This document shows positions 63,622-64,000 of a stretch of DNA of 64,000 nucleotides, in pieces. The notes beneath the pieces were generated by a model, which did no database searches, had not been told where the DNA came from, and was given only the letters and a program-made list of their open reading frames with translations. The translations under genes were made by a program, and so were the position numbers. Each line of letters opens with the position of its first letter. Position 1 is the stretch's first letter. The stretch spans positions 20,150,001 through 20,214,000 of the forward strand of contig OZ336893.1 in NCBI GenBank assembly GCA_965287045.1, in the 5' to 3' direction. Origin of the DNA: Carcharhinus amblyrhynchos (taxonomy: Eukaryota).

Positions 63622-63816
63622 GTTTTCCAGAAAGAACTTGGTAAGCGAACCAGTAGTGTACAAGTGCTAAAACGGTCAGCTCGTGAATTGATTGAAAACA
63701 GTCGCGACGATACGACATGGGTGAAAGTTCAGCTGCAGGAACTGAGCATTCGGTGGGACACAGTCTGTAAGCTCTCTGTTTCTAAACAGACACGACTTGA
63801 GCAAGCGCTTAAGCAG
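63622..63816 (+). CDS. MACF1: MACF1 exon ([10 protein letters not shown]...EQALKQ)
   Basis: tgcag|GTT ... CAG|gtgaga; 195 nt. Confidence 0.95.
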
Positions 63817-64000
63817 GTGAGAAAACATTATAGTAATTAATGATAGAACCAGGCAAAGGAGGTGCACAGTAACTGCCTATATAGTATGATGGAGTATTTC
63901 GTACTGCTGTGATGCTGGTCCCAATTTTACATTGATGTAATTTGTATTCATTGATGGAGATAATGCTGTAACTAATACCAAAAGATCAGTGTAATATTAA

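Noticed and set aside
14307-63816. Gene could be dystonin (DST/BPAG1)
   Set aside because: Diagnostic peptides ([60 protein letters not shown]) match recalled MACF1 rather than DST

Overview
Eukaryotic (vertebrate) genomic DNA, very likely a shark or ray, judging by HE1/V-SINEs, HER1/CR1 LINEs and Deu-type SINEs. The whole window lies inside the spectraplakin gene MACF1 on the + strand. I can trace 28 GT-AG coding exons (14307-63816; 4794 nt, 1598 codons, all splice phases compatible) that encode about 14-15 spectrin repeats of the rod domain. Upstream, inside a large intron, sits a 4-kb single-exon ORF (4696-8730) with the KIAA0754-type N-terminus MGKPLSRPDC. It carries an N-myristoylation-type start and an ~11-copy 36-41 aa acidic tandem repeat with repeated clathrin-box/dileucine-like motifs. 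It also has a phase-0 donor at 8652 that would fuse it in frame to the spectrin exons, and poly(A) signals just after its own stop. Two frame-preserving microexon candidates are present (9 nt at 40940, 30 nt at 20850). The introns hold many TE relics: a Gmr1-type Gypsy element with doubly nested CR1 insertions, Penelope-derived palindromes with hammerhead-ribozyme remnants, and L2, Rex1/Babar, SINE and MITE fragments. Homology calls come from recalled sequence knowledge, not from database searches.
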